A DNA stretch of 64,000 nucleotides, from NCBI GenBank assembly GCA_964428355.1, contig CAYRYU010000026.1, positions 11,521-75,520 on the forward strand, read 5' to 3'. Positions 1 through 9,684 of the stretch are shown here, piece after piece. The translations under genes were made by a program, and so were the position numbers. Source of the DNA: an uncultured bacterium. GTDB lineage: Bacteria > Muiribacteriota > Ozemobacteria > Ozemobacterales > Ozemobacteraceae. Numbering within the stretch: position 1 is the first letter of the stretch; each line of letters starts with the position of its first letter. The notes below the pieces were generated by a model that made no database searches, was not told where the DNA came from, and worked only from the letters and a program-made list of their open reading frames with translations.

Positions 1-277
1 CCCAGATGAAATCGACGTCGTAGTAAAGACCCCGAAAGACGAGGAGGTAGCGCCCCGATTTGGTGAACTCGAGCTTGAACTCGCCTTTCTCGTTTACCCA
101 AGCGTAGATGTCGGGATTCCCTGCAACCGTGACCTTCGATCCCGTGGGAACGAGGCCCGGAGGCGGGACGAGTTTTCCCGTAACCGTCGCGACCGGGATG
201 ACCAGCTTCTCCTGAATGCAGCCGTGGGAAAAGAGTATCGCCAGGCCGAGGAGGAGAATCGGAATTTTCCTGTTCAT
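1..277 (-). CDS. lipoprotein with carboxypeptidase-regulatory-like fold, N-terminal 92 codons only (gene runs off the left edge)
   Basis: Reverse-strand ATG at 277-275 opens MNRKIPILLLGLAILFSHGCIQEKLVIPVATVTGKLVPPPG...KGEFKLEFTKSGRYLLVFRG. It has a basic n-region, a hydrophobic core and a lipobox-like LFSHGC. It starts 9 nt after the stop of the SLH porin gene and the frame stays open to position 1. It is absent from the ORF track because it has no stop in the window. Confidence 0.55.
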   Translation of the reverse strand, partial: MNRKIPILLLGLAILFSHGCIQEKLVIPVATVTGKLVPPPGLVPTGSKVTVAGNPDIYAWVNEKGEFKLEFTKSGRYLLVFRGLYYDVDFIW

Positions 278-286
278 ATCGTCGTC

Positions 287-2665
287 CTAGAAGTTGGTCT
301 TCGCTTCGAACATGAGCATCTTGTTGGTGCCTATGTTGACCCAGTCGCGGCCGTTGTCCGTGCTGGTGACCGCCCAACGCCAGTCGTCGGGATAGTCGTA
401 GCCGAACTTCAGCTTTATCGTGGCGTCCTTCGTGATGTCGTAGATCAGCTCCCCGTAGATGTTCTCGCGGTCGAGATCGTCCTTGGTGCCGTCCTTGTAG
501 TCGATGATTCCTCGGGAGTACAAGGCCTTTCCGCGGAACTTGTCGGTGAAGTTCTTCTTCAGTTCACCCAGGATGGCGTTGGCGAGGCTCGACTTGGTCG
601 CATCCGAGCGGTTCTCGAAATCGACATGCTGCACGCCGCCGGTGAGGCTGAAAGTCGGGGTCAGGTTGTAGGTCGATTCCCCGATGTAGTCGATCCGGAT
701 GTTCTCCTGGGGAGCGTTGGCCCACTTGACCTGGTGCTCGACGCTTCCCTTCGCGAACACGCGGGGGTTGATGTTCGAGTTGACCTCGAAGTAGCCCACC
801 CGTTCGTTGTATTTGTAGGTGACTCCGTTCACGGTGTCGAGGGAGTCGTGGTCGGTTCCGACCTTGATTTTTCCCAGGGCGCTGACGGAATCGTTGAGCT
901 TGAGTTTCAGCTCGGCGGTGTTGCAGATCCAGCCGCCTTCGTGGGGAAGGGCGTCGAGTTTCTGCTCGAAATCGTATTTGAGCGTGGTGCTGTCCGTGAA
1001 ATCGGAAAGGAGCTGGAAGGTGAACTTCCGCCCGGAGTATCCGTCGGTTTCCTGGGGGGCATTGGGATCGACTTCCCAGGTCTTGCTCAGGTAGGTTGCT
1101 TCCATCGAGAGGTTCTTCGCGATGGAGAGGAGCTTGTTCCCGAAATCGTAGTTGGCGGAGAAACGGGTGAGCTTCTCCCCCCAGAACCCGCTGTGCTTGT
1201 AGTTGTCCTTGAATACCGGTGCGTAGGGGTAGTTGGAGGAGTCGTCCTCGTCTCCGATGTCGTAGGCCCAGATGGGAGACATGTGCGCCCGGAACTCCCG
1301 GCCGAAATCGTAGTGCTTGGCGGTTCCCGTGAAACCGCCATTCTGAAGGCTGACATCGAACTTGGTCGCCTCGTCCCCGAGGTTCCGGCTCTTCCCGTCG
1401 CGGGTGTCCTTGTGGTAATCGGTCGAGGTGAGGAACTCGGCGGTGGCCTGGATCTTCCCCGCCCGCTCCGTGGTGTAACTCACGTCCGCGCCCCGGACGG
1501 TATTGGAATTCCCCCGGATGACGTAGTCGTTGATCTTCTCGGCGAAGGTCGTTCCAACAGAAAGCGCATCCGGACTGAACTTCGAGGGAAGTTTCCAGAC
1601 CAGGCGACCGGCGAACATCTCGGTGGGGTCGTCGTTCTTCAAACCGCCGCCCTTGGAACCCATCTTTCCGGAAAGGCCACGGGCAAGGTCGGTCTTGTAA
1701 ACGGATCCCTGGTAGTTGAGATCGCGGTCGGTACCGGAAAACTCGACGCCCTGGTAGGGCCAGACGACTTCGGAGTCTTCCGAAACCATGTTGAGGGGAT
1801 CGTTGATTCCGTTGATCGATTCGTAAGCGAACACCCTGACCTTCATCGACTTGGCGTTGCTGATGAAATGGATCTTGTTGGACTGGGTGTACCTGTCGTT
1901 GGTGATCTTGGTCACGTAATCATCGATGTTGTCGAACGGGTTTGCGCCGGAGGTTTTCCCGTAATCGTTGTAGACGACCTTGTTCCAGGTCCGGCCTGAG
2001 ATGTAACCGTTCAACTCGAAGAATGCTTCGATCTTTTCCCCGAGGGGTTTTCCGGTGAACCTGATGAAGATCTCCTGAAACATGTACTGCAGTCCGGGCT
2101 TGTCGAAATCCTCACTGCCCCAGAATCCCTGGTGACAGGTGGGCGGATCGAAGATCATCTGACTGCGTCCGCGATAGAAGCCACTTACCTTGACCTTGGG
2201 AAGGGCTTCCTCGAGGGTCTTCAGTTTTCCTTCGGAATCGGTCATCCGGCGTTCGAGGGTGTCGACGCGCACACCGAGAAGACCCAGCTCGTCCTTGAAC
2301 TCCTTGGTCAACCTTCCGAGAGAAGCCCGCTCCGCTTCAGTCGACTCGTCGAGCGCGGCCTTCTTCTCCTCGATCCGGCGCATCATCCGGGCAAGGATCA
2401 GGGCGACGTCGTACCGCGTGATGACCTTGCGGCCCTTGAAGGTCCCGTCGGGGTAGCCTTCCATGTATCCCTGTTTGATCAGGAAATCGACGTCCTTGAA
2501 CGCCCAATGATCTTTCGGAAGGTCCTGGAAAGCGGGCTGTTGGCCCGACTGGGGCTGGGATTGCTGGGCCGAGGCCTGGAAGCCGGCAAGCAGGAATAGC
2601 ACAAGCATTGCCCGGAACAACGTCCAGAAAGAGCCGCGGTTCACGATCGTTTGCCTCTTTATCAC
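287..2665 (-). CDS. SLH-domain outer-membrane beta-barrel porin (SLH + coiled coil + barrel)
   Basis: 792 aa. Signal peptide (LFRAMLVLFLLAGFQASAQ). SLH motif FQDLPKDHWAFKDVDFLIKQGYMEGYPDGTFKGRKVITRYDVALILARM. Coiled-coil linker. Long segment of alternating beta-strand character ending in the OMP-type C-terminal ...MFEAKTNF. Confidence 0.9.
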   Translation of the reverse strand: MIKRQTIVNRGSFWTLFRAMLVLFLLAGFQASAQQSQPQSGQQPAFQDLPKDHWAFKDVDFLIKQGYMEGYPDGTFKGRKVITRYDVALILARMMRRIEEKKAALDESTEAERASLGRLTKEFKDELGLLGVRVDTLERRMTDSEGKLKTLEEALPKVKVSGFYRGRSQMIFDPPTCHQGFWGSEDFDKPGLQYMFQEIFIRFTGKPLGEKIEAFFELNGYISGRTWNKVVYNDYGKTSGANPFDNIDDYVTKITNDRYTQSNKIHFISNAKSMKVRVFAYESINGINDPLNMVSEDSEVVWPYQGVEFSGTDRDLNYQGSVYKTDLARGLSGKMGSKGGGLKNDDPTEMFAGRLVWKLPSKFSPDALSVGTTFAEKINDYVIRGNSNTVRGADVSYTTERAGKIQATAEFLTSTDYHKDTRDGKSRNLGDEATKFDVSLQNGGFTGTAKHYDFGREFRAHMSPIWAYDIGDEDDSSNYPYAPVFKDNYKHSGFWGEKLTRFSANYDFGNKLLSIAKNLSMEATYLSKTWEVDPNAPQETDGYSGRKFTFQLLSDFTDSTTLKYDFEQKLDALPHEGGWICNTAELKLKLNDSVSALGKIKVGTDHDSLDTVNGVTYKYNERVGYFEVNSNINPRVFAKGSVEHQVKWANAPQENIRIDYIGESTYNLTPTFSLTGGVQHVDFENRSDATKSSLANAILGELKKNFTDKFRGKALYSRGIIDYKDGTKDDLDRENIYGELIYDITKDATIKLKFGYDYPDDWRWAVTSTDNGRDWVNIGTNKMLMFEAKTNF

Positions 2666-2790
2666 CGGTTTACTCTTGACTGGGATGAGAATCCACCTTC
2701 CTTATCGGCAGATCCTTCCGAAACTTTTACGGAGAATGACCCGATGCGATTGAACACCCAATCGCCAGGGAGACAATCGGGAAAGGTCCA

Positions 2791-5094
2791 TCAGAAGTTG
2801 GTGCGGGCCTCGAAAATCAGCATCTTCTGGGTATGGATATCCTTCTCTTCCCTTCCGTTCTCGACACTGGTGATGTCCCACCTGTCGTCGAAGGGATAGT
2901 CGTAACCGAACTTCAGCTTCACGCTCGAATCCTTGCTCACGTCGTAGATGAGTTCCCCGAATATGTTCTCCCGGTCGATCGTCTTTCTCTTTTTCGTCTT
3001 GTACTCGATCAGTCCCCTGGTGTAGAAAGCCTTCCCTCGGAATTTTTCGGAGAAGTTCCGCTTGAGCTCTCCCAGGATGGCATTGGCCAGACTCGAATTG
3101 TCGGCATCCCCGCGGTCCTCGAAATCGACGTGCTGGACACCCCCGGTGAGGCTGGTCAAGGGATTGATGTTGTAGGTCGATTCCCCGATGTAGTCGATCC
3201 TGATGTTCTGCAAGGGAGCGCTCGTCCACCGGGCCTGGTGCTCGACGCTTCCCTTGGCGGACAGCCTTGGATTGACCTCGGCGTTCAGCTCCAGATAGCC
3301 GGTCCGGTCGTTCCTATGCCAGGTTTTCCCTTGGAGCGTATGTATCTCGTCGCGGTCGTCCGACCACATGAACCTGGCCTTCGTTCCCACGGAATTGCCC
3401 AGTTTCACATCCAGCTCGACCGTGTGCTTGAGAGTACCTTCCTCATCGGGAAGTGCATCGAGCTTGTTCTCCAGATCGTATTTCAACGTGCTGCTGTCGG
3501 TGAAATCGGACAGGAACTGGTATGTGAACTTCCGACCGGAGTATCCGTCGGTCGCCTGGGGATTGTAGGGATCCACCTCCCATGTTTTGCTCAGGTATGT
3601 CACCTCCATGGATACGTTGCGTGCCATCCGGGTGAGTGTCTCCCCGAACTCGTAGGCCGCGGAGAAGCGGGTCAGCTTTTCCCCCCAGAACCCCTCGTGT
3701 TTGTAGTTGTCGAGGAACACCGGATCGAATGGATAGTCGCTCATGACATCCTCCTCCCCGATGTCGTAGGCCCAGATCGGAGCCATCCGCGCCCGGAAAT
3801 CACGTCCGAAATCGTAGTGTTTGAAGGTGCCGGTGAAACCGTCTTTCTGGACCGACACGTCGCAGAGCATCCCCTGGTCTTTCAGGTTCACGGGCTTTTC
3901 CTCCTCGTAGAATTCTTCGTCTTCGGCAGGGACCTCCTCCTCGTCGTAGATCGATTCATGGGTCAGCTTGTGATGATCGGTCGAGGTCAAAAACTCGAGA
4001 TCCGCCTGGATCTTGCCCGCACGCTCGGTCGAGTAGCTGAGGTCGACCCCGCGTACCGTGTTGGAGTTCCCGCGAACCGTGTAATCAGCGATCTTTTCGG
4101 CATACGAGGTTCCGAGAGTCAGTGAGTCGGGGCTGAATTTCGCGGGGAGTTTCCAGACGAGGCGCCCTACAGCCATCTCGCTCTTGTCGGTGTAGCCTGC
4201 CCGCAGGTCGTTGTTGTAAACGCCACCCTGGTAGCTCAGGCCCCCGTCGGTTCCCTGAAACTCCACACCGTTGTGGGGATCCACGACATCGGCATCCTCG
4301 GTGAAGATGTTCATCGGATCCGTCAGTTCGGTCACGTTCTCGTTCGCGAAAACCCTGACCTGGAGCGAGCGGGCGTTGCTCACGAAGTGGACCTTGTTCA
4401 TCTGCAGATACCGGTCGGCGGAAACCTGGTAGAGATAGTCGTCGACGTTGTCGAAGGGGTTCGTCCCGGAGGGTTTCCCCGAATCGCTGTATTGGAGTGC
4501 ATTCCAGGACCGTCCCTTGATGTAGCCGTAGATCTCGCCGAACACCTCTATCCGCTCGCCAAGAGGTTTTCCGGTGAACCGGACGTAGGCCTGGTTGTAA
4601 AGAGTCTGCAGGCCCGGCTTGAGGAATGACGTCTGGGAGCCGGTCTCGTCGCGCTGGACGGATACGGGTTCGATGATGAACTGGCCGGTCGACCGGAGGT
4701 ACCCGGATATTCGTGTCTTTGGAAGGGCGGTCTCGGTTCCCTCGAGCCGTTTTTCCATGTCGACCGCCCGCTTTTCCAACGTGTCGACCCTGACTCCGAG
4801 CATCGAAAGCTCATCGCGGAACTCGGCGACGAGGCGCGAGATCGCGGCCTTTTCCTCTTCGGTCGCCTTGTCGTCCCCCGCCTTCTTTTCGTCGAGCCTG
4901 CGCAGGATCCGGGCAAGGGTGAGAGCCAGATCATACCGGGTCAGGATCCGGCGGCCGGCGAAAGCCCCGTCGGATTGGATCTTCCAGTAACCGGCCTTCA
5001 CAAGGAAATCCACATCGCCGAACGCCCAGTGGTCCCTGGGAATATCCTGGAACGGGGAACTCTGGCACCATCCGAAGGAAGGCGCCATCAGCAT
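2791..5094 (-). CDS. SLH-domain outer-membrane beta-barrel porin, tandem paralog
   Basis: 767 aa, collinear with the 287-2665 product along its whole length (same SLH motif FQDIPRDHWAFGDVDFLVKAGY, C-terminus ...IFEARTNF). The first canonical start at 5094 leaves no signal peptide. The in-frame upstream sequence (to about 5157) encodes RIIRQTNRTPPGPPVLILAVLLMLMAPSFGWCQ, which matches the paralog signal peptide, so the true start is probably upstream and non-canonical. Confidence 0.9.
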   Translation of the reverse strand: MLMAPSFGWCQSSPFQDIPRDHWAFGDVDFLVKAGYWKIQSDGAFAGRRILTRYDLALTLARILRRLDEKKAGDDKATEEEKAAISRLVAEFRDELSMLGVRVDTLEKRAVDMEKRLEGTETALPKTRISGYLRSTGQFIIEPVSVQRDETGSQTSFLKPGLQTLYNQAYVRFTGKPLGERIEVFGEIYGYIKGRSWNALQYSDSGKPSGTNPFDNVDDYLYQVSADRYLQMNKVHFVSNARSLQVRVFANENVTELTDPMNIFTEDADVVDPHNGVEFQGTDGGLSYQGGVYNNDLRAGYTDKSEMAVGRLVWKLPAKFSPDSLTLGTSYAEKIADYTVRGNSNTVRGVDLSYSTERAGKIQADLEFLTSTDHHKLTHESIYDEEEVPAEDEEFYEEEKPVNLKDQGMLCDVSVQKDGFTGTFKHYDFGRDFRARMAPIWAYDIGEEDVMSDYPFDPVFLDNYKHEGFWGEKLTRFSAAYEFGETLTRMARNVSMEVTYLSKTWEVDPYNPQATDGYSGRKFTYQFLSDFTDSSTLKYDLENKLDALPDEEGTLKHTVELDVKLGNSVGTKARFMWSDDRDEIHTLQGKTWHRNDRTGYLELNAEVNPRLSAKGSVEHQARWTSAPLQNIRIDYIGESTYNINPLTSLTGGVQHVDFEDRGDADNSSLANAILGELKRNFSEKFRGKAFYTRGLIEYKTKKRKTIDRENIFGELIYDVSKDSSVKLKFGYDYPFDDRWDITSVENGREEKDIHTQKMLIFEARTNF

Positions 5095-5280
5095 GAGAAG
5101 AACCGCCAGAATCAGGACAGGCGGCCCTGGAGGGGTTCGATTCGTTTGCCTTATTATTCTTCTCTCTGGGGAAAATTGGAATGACCCACACGAAATATCG
5201 GCAAACGGGTATCGATGGGTTAAATCACCTCTCCCGGAAAACAGGAGGGGAGAAGGAACCTATGGCCTGAGGAAGGGTTT

Positions 5281-7224
5281 TCAGCGACTGATAATTCTGG
5301 CCAGACCTTCCGGGTGGAGATTGGACTCGAGATTCCTTACAAGGGCGGAGTTTCCGTTGATCCTTCCGTTCCTCACCGGGACATCGGGGTTTCCGGCGAA
5401 CCTGGTTTCGAAGGTGAAATCCGGGTCGCACGGTATCTCCCTGAATCCATCCAGATCGAGCCGGAACGGCTTGATCAGCTCGTTTCTTCTCGCAAGCAAC
5501 CGCTCCACGGCAACCTTCTGGACGAAGGAAGGCCAACCGCTCTCGGAAAAACAGCGCTCGAGATCGAATCGGCTGAAACTGGAAATCCTCGCGGCCATCC
5601 ACCGGGCATCGGCCCAGGTACAATGTTTCCATACCCTTGGCAGGAAGAAAGGTCGCATCTTGAAGGAGATGCGGTTGGCTCTGTTTTCTATGAACGATTT
5701 GGGGAAGGAGTTGAGCTCGCCCGAACACCGGAACTTGCCCAGGGAGTATCCGAGGTCGCTCTGGAACTCGACGAAACGATCGAAAGCCCTGGTCTCGCGA
5801 TTGAACAACATGGCCGTCCGACAGTTGTTTTCCTTCATGTCGATGTTGTTGATCCAGGCGTTGAACACGAGCGAACCACGATGCACCCGGTCGATCAGGG
5901 CTTTCCCGGAATTCAACGGAACATCCCCCAGGCACTTGACGGCGGGGCAGAAAAAGGACAACTGGCACTCCCGGAATTTCACGTAGTTGGCCCCGATGAA
6001 CTCCGCCCCGATCGATTCACGCTCCGCAAAAGCCTTGTCAACGACTCCGGTTCCAAGAATCGCACCGTCGGAACCTTTGAGAACTGGTTCCGGAAGCAGG
6101 AAACGTCCCGGGTGGTAGGAGTTTCCCCTTTTCAGGATACGGTCACAAACCTGGGCGAAGGTGTGAACGACGTCGGGCCCCCTCTTCGAGGGTGGGGCGA
6201 GAACGAGGATCGTTTCGCCGGGCCCGGAATAGAGCTTGATATCGGTGCATGAGGCCCCCAGATCGATGTAGAGCCGGGAAAGAGCCACATCGGTGTGAAT
6301 CTCCGGCCCCCATTTCATCTGCCATTTCAAGCCGAACCGGTCGAAAGTCGGGAGTTTCGGGTTGCCAAAATTCACACGCCTGTCCAGGATGGTCGTGATT
6401 TTCTCGGAAAAATCGGCCGGAGACGGGGAAAGCGGGAGTTCGGTACAGAACAGGACCCTCTTCGAAAACCCGAAATCGAAGCGTTCGAGTTTGGGGTTCT
6501 GGAGCCGGACCAGGGTTTTCATTTCCTCCAGGAACGCGTCGTAGCGATTTCCGGGAGGGGTTTCCACGATGGTCGGATGGTCTTTCGCGGGTTGGAGCCG
6601 GGAAACCTGAATTGGGCTCAGCCTGGCCAATTCGTCTTTTCCGATGGGTCCCCGGCCTTCTGGAGCATACAGCTCCGCCGCTTCCAGACCTGCGGGACCG
6701 TCTCCCAGCTTCTCTTCGGGATTGGCAGGATTGGGGACATTGAGTATGAGCGGCCCGCCGAAGTAATGGAAAATTCTCGTGAAATAGTCCTCGAATCGTC
6801 CCGGGTGAGCCTCTCCTATCGCGTCAAGACAGTTGAAATGCTGTCGCTGGATCTGGATGAACCGCCGCATCTGATCGGGAGTCGCGGCTGCCTTCCCGAG
6901 CTCGGCCGACAACTTCTGACCGGCGGAAATGATCTCATCGAAAGACCGCATTCCCGGGTTCCGGGCGATCTTTTCGGGAGAACCGGGGTTCTGTTCTTTC
7001 AGGAACTGCTCGAACCGCGTTCGTTCCTCGGAAACCTCCGCGAGGAACTCGGCGATCACTTCCGGAGAAAGCGGTCGCAACTGGTAGTCCGCGGTCTTCC
7101 TTCCCAGGGCCGGCCCCGGACTTCCGTCGCAGAACGCGCAAACCAGGAGGACAAAGACAGTGAAGAGGGCCGAAACCCTGACGGCCTTTAACAAAAGCTT
7201 CCCACAGTTCCGCTTTTCCAGCAT
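5281..7224 (-). CDS. membrane-anchored or secreted hypothetical protein, possible atypical (PI3/4-kinase or HipA-like) kinase fold in the C-terminal half
   Basis: Long ORF. The ATG at 7224 (MLEKRNCGKLLLKAVRVSALFTVFVLLVCAFC) gives a signal or anchor and has an AAGGGG Shine-Dalgarno-like element upstream. The track start at 7272 is a GTG. Segments GLKWQMKWGPEIHTDVALSRLYIDLG and SLVFNAWINNIDMKENNCRT resemble the Lys/Glu and catalytic-loop motifs of atypical kinases. This is weak, motif-level evidence only. Confidence 0.7.
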   Translation of the reverse strand: MLEKRNCGKLLLKAVRVSALFTVFVLLVCAFCDGSPGPALGRKTADYQLRPLSPEVIAEFLAEVSEERTRFEQFLKEQNPGSPEKIARNPGMRSFDEIISAGQKLSAELGKAAATPDQMRRFIQIQRQHFNCLDAIGEAHPGRFEDYFTRIFHYFGGPLILNVPNPANPEEKLGDGPAGLEAAELYAPEGRGPIGKDELARLSPIQVSRLQPAKDHPTIVETPPGNRYDAFLEEMKTLVRLQNPKLERFDFGFSKRVLFCTELPLSPSPADFSEKITTILDRRVNFGNPKLPTFDRFGLKWQMKWGPEIHTDVALSRLYIDLGASCTDIKLYSGPGETILVLAPPSKRGPDVVHTFAQVCDRILKRGNSYHPGRFLLPEPVLKGSDGAILGTGVVDKAFAERESIGAEFIGANYVKFRECQLSFFCPAVKCLGDVPLNSGKALIDRVHRGSLVFNAWINNIDMKENNCRTAMLFNRETRAFDRFVEFQSDLGYSLGKFRCSGELNSFPKSFIENRANRISFKMRPFFLPRVWKHCTWADARWMAARISSFSRFDLERCFSESGWPSFVQKVAVERLLARRNELIKPFRLDLDGFREIPCDPDFTFETRFAGNPDVPVRNGRINGNSALVRNLESNLHPEGLARIISR

Positions 7225-7787
7225 CTTCAAACCCCTTGATGAAATCAGGCACCGAGGAAAGAGACCTTGCACCCATTATACCACTCGCCCGAACCCGCAC
7301 TTGAATCCGATGTTTTCCGGTTTCCCTTGCACCGCCTCAATGGATGCAGTACCCTTCGGGACTTTTTCCATAACATGCAGTTGGTACTGGATGTCTTCAA
7401 CAGGAGTTCCAAAATGGGAACACCCGACCGGTTTTCCGGTCGGTAATGTTCCCCCGTTCCTCAGGATGGGATGATTTCCCAATGCAAGCGGGGCTGCAGC
7501 TGCGAATGGAAATCCGAGAGTTTCAAATGGGATCCCCGAAAAAGGCAATTTGTCCCAGTAGTTTCCGTGCCATAAATTGTAGATGAAAGTCCCGATCGTC
7601 GGTCGTGAATAGGAGGAGAGATGGCGCGATATACCCGGGAGTGGCGATCAGGACTGGAACCTCGGGTCAGGATTCGCTTTGATTGCCATGGATTTTCGGT
7701 GCAACCGCGCGTAAAATGGATGTGGAATCATCGGGAAACTTGCACGGATTCCTTTCGTCCGGGAAATGGGCGAGCTTGGGAGGGGAG

Positions 7788-9131
7788 ATGAAGCCAGCCT
7801 CCAAACGGTTTTTTGCGAAGTGGTTGTTGGGCCCCTTGATGATCCTGTGTGGACTTTTGGTCGGGTATCTATGGTGGAAACATGGCTTCACCATGCGGAT
7901 TCTGGCGATTCCCGCCACCCCCGTTGTCATCATTTTCCTCGTTGGAATGGGAATCTGGGCAACAAAAATCGGTTGGGTCGACGGGAAAATGGGTGACCAT
8001 TTCGATTTCGGTGAGCGTTTCACCCCTCCTGTTAGCCGGTCACCGTTGCCACTCATTCCACCGATGCCTCCGAGGCACTTGGCGGAACCTGAAGTTCCAA
8101 GGGCTCCCCCGAAACCACGTGTTCCCGAAAGAGTGGAACCAGCCCCAGGGAACCCGGAAATGGCGGCCATGGCCACAAAGAGGGAACCGTCCCCACCAGC
8201 CAAGCCTCGATCCAGCAAGAGGGTCGACAAAGCCACGGCTGAACGTTTTCGGAGTGCCATCTATGGAAGGGACCTGGAAATGGTGAAAATCATGCTTGCG
8301 GAAGGAGTGGATCCGAACTTCCAGGAGAAGGACCGGAACTCCTTCCTCAACTCCGCTGTTTGTGCGGGATCGACCGACATCGCTCGTTGTCTCCTGGAGG
8401 CGGGCGCTCATGCTGAAGGTGATGACCCTGAGAAGATAACCCCATTTGGGGAAGCCGTTTCCAGGGGGAATGCGGAAATCATGAGGTTGCTGATGGCTTT
8501 TGGCGTGACTCTCGACCGAAACGACTGGAACAATGTTCTGGCAAGAGCCACTGAGAACGATCATCTCGAGGTGGTCGACCTTGCGATCGAGTACCGGGCT
8601 GATCCGTCGACCATTATCCGCGATTACGAACGTGGCGACCATAGCATTCTTGAGATGGCGATCTTCCACCGGAATCCCATTATCCTCCAACGCTTTATGG
8701 ATCTGCATTCCCGAAGGCCAGTCTTCTCGTCGACGGCTTTGCAACGCCGCCTTTCCCAAGTGGTGGCAGACAATCGTCCCGAACTTGTTCCCCCGTTCCT
8801 CGGGCTCGGTCTGGATCTCGATTCGATCCGCCTCTACGAGGGGCATACCCTTCTTTCCCTGGCCCAGATGAAGGGTTTTGCCATGGTGGAAAAGCTTCTC
8901 CGGGACGCCGGGATGAAACGGGATTTGGCATTTTTCGAGCTGATGAGGAATTTCTTCAGGGCAGTTTTCGAACAAGACGGAGAGCGGATCCGTTCTCTTG
9001 CCGCTTCCGGGGCCGATCTCCAGTGGGAGGACGGAAACCGTCGCACTCCCCTCCTTGCCGCAATGGTCTTTAACCGTCCCAGGTCTGAAAAGATCCTGCG
9101 CGAGCTGGGGGCCAGGGAGCCAGGTTCATAA
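7788..9131 (+). CDS. membrane-anchored ankyrin-repeat protein with proline-rich linker
   Basis: ATG at 7788 preceded by GGGAGGGGAG. Two N-terminal TM helices (LLGPLMILCGLLVGYLWW, AIPATPVVIIFLVGMGIW), then a P-rich linker. Ankyrin repeats follow (GRDLEMVKIMLAEGVDPNFQEKDRNSFLNSAVCAGSTDIARCLLEAGAHAE; TPFGEAVSRGNAEIMRLLMAFGV...). Confidence 0.85.
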   Translation: MKPASKRFFAKWLLGPLMILCGLLVGYLWWKHGFTMRILAIPATPVVIIFLVGMGIWATKIGWVDGKMGDHFDFGERFTPPVSRSPLPLIPPMPPRHLAEPEVPRAPPKPRVPERVEPAPGNPEMAAMATKREPSPPAKPRSSKRVDKATAERFRSAIYGRDLEMVKIMLAEGVDPNFQEKDRNSFLNSAVCAGSTDIARCLLEAGAHAEGDDPEKITPFGEAVSRGNAEIMRLLMAFGVTLDRNDWNNVLARATENDHLEVVDLAIEYRADPSTIIRDYERGDHSILEMAIFHRNPIILQRFMDLHSRRPVFSSTALQRRLSQVVADNRPELVPPFLGLGLDLDSIRLYEGHTLLSLAQMKGFAMVEKLLRDAGMKRDLAFFELMRNFFRAVFEQDGERIRSLAASGADLQWEDGNRRTPLLAAMVFNRPRSEKILRELGAREPGS

Positions 9132-9493
9132 TGTTTGTCTCCAACAGAGAACTTCGAAAGGGGAACCGTTTGAAAACCTATCGTCCAAAACGTTTGGCGG
9201 CTTCCGGGCCCGATTGATCGCCCGCGACGACATGCTGGGTTTCATTTCCACCCTCTCTGGTGTCCTCCCGTCATTCTCCATTCATTCAAAGGTGAAGAAG
9301 ATTACTACTGGTGGAATGAGCTCATGCGGGTGGTGGGTTACCCGAGATTTCGAAATAGAAAGAACCGGGTGGAGCCAAGGGTACGGAAACGGCGGTCAGA
9401 GAATTTCCAGCTTCTCATGGGAGACCGGCATGAATACTTGGAAATCCACCATCGGAACCGGTATAAAAAGCCTTCCTTGTCTTAGCACCATTC

Positions 9494-9541
9494 GGGACAC
9501 ACGACCAGTTTTCAAGAGTTTTCTAATCGGTCGTGTGTCCC
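9494..9541. other. perfect 13-bp inverted repeat (stem-loop) in the 520-nt intergenic region
   Basis: GGGACACACGACC (9494-9506), 22-nt loop, GGTCGTGTGTCCC (9529-9541). It lies about 145 nt upstream of the HEAT-repeat gene start. No U-tract follows. Confidence 0.4.
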
Positions 9542-9684
9542 CAATTTCCCAGGATGGGGAGGCATTTCGGGGTCTGTTGCCAAGGGGAGCGGAAAAGGGT
9601 AGATTTTCCTGGGAAGGCATACCCGGGGGATCGGGCGGCTTTCTCTGACGGATGGTGAAGCTTCCGTCTTTTCGGGAGGAAACG

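Noticed and set aside
224-1999. 591-aa plus-strand ORF, and the similar 2833-4125 ORF
   Set aside because: Both are fully antisense to the recognisable SLH porin genes. Their products are V/G/D/L/E-rich with no motifs. This is a typical shadow ORF in high-GC DNA.
7276-7548. 90-aa minus-strand ORF ending 4 nt before the GTG at 7272
   Set aside because: The tight spacing looked operon-like. However, the downstream gene more likely starts at the ATG at 7224, and the peptide has no signal, motif or SD site that I could see. It is left uncalled.
8998-9648. 216-aa plus-strand ORF filling the ankyrin-HEAT intergenic gap
   Set aside because: It overlaps the ankyrin gene end, has no SD site or recognisable domain, and its composition is irregular. 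The region is more likely non-coding and contains the 13-bp stem-loop.
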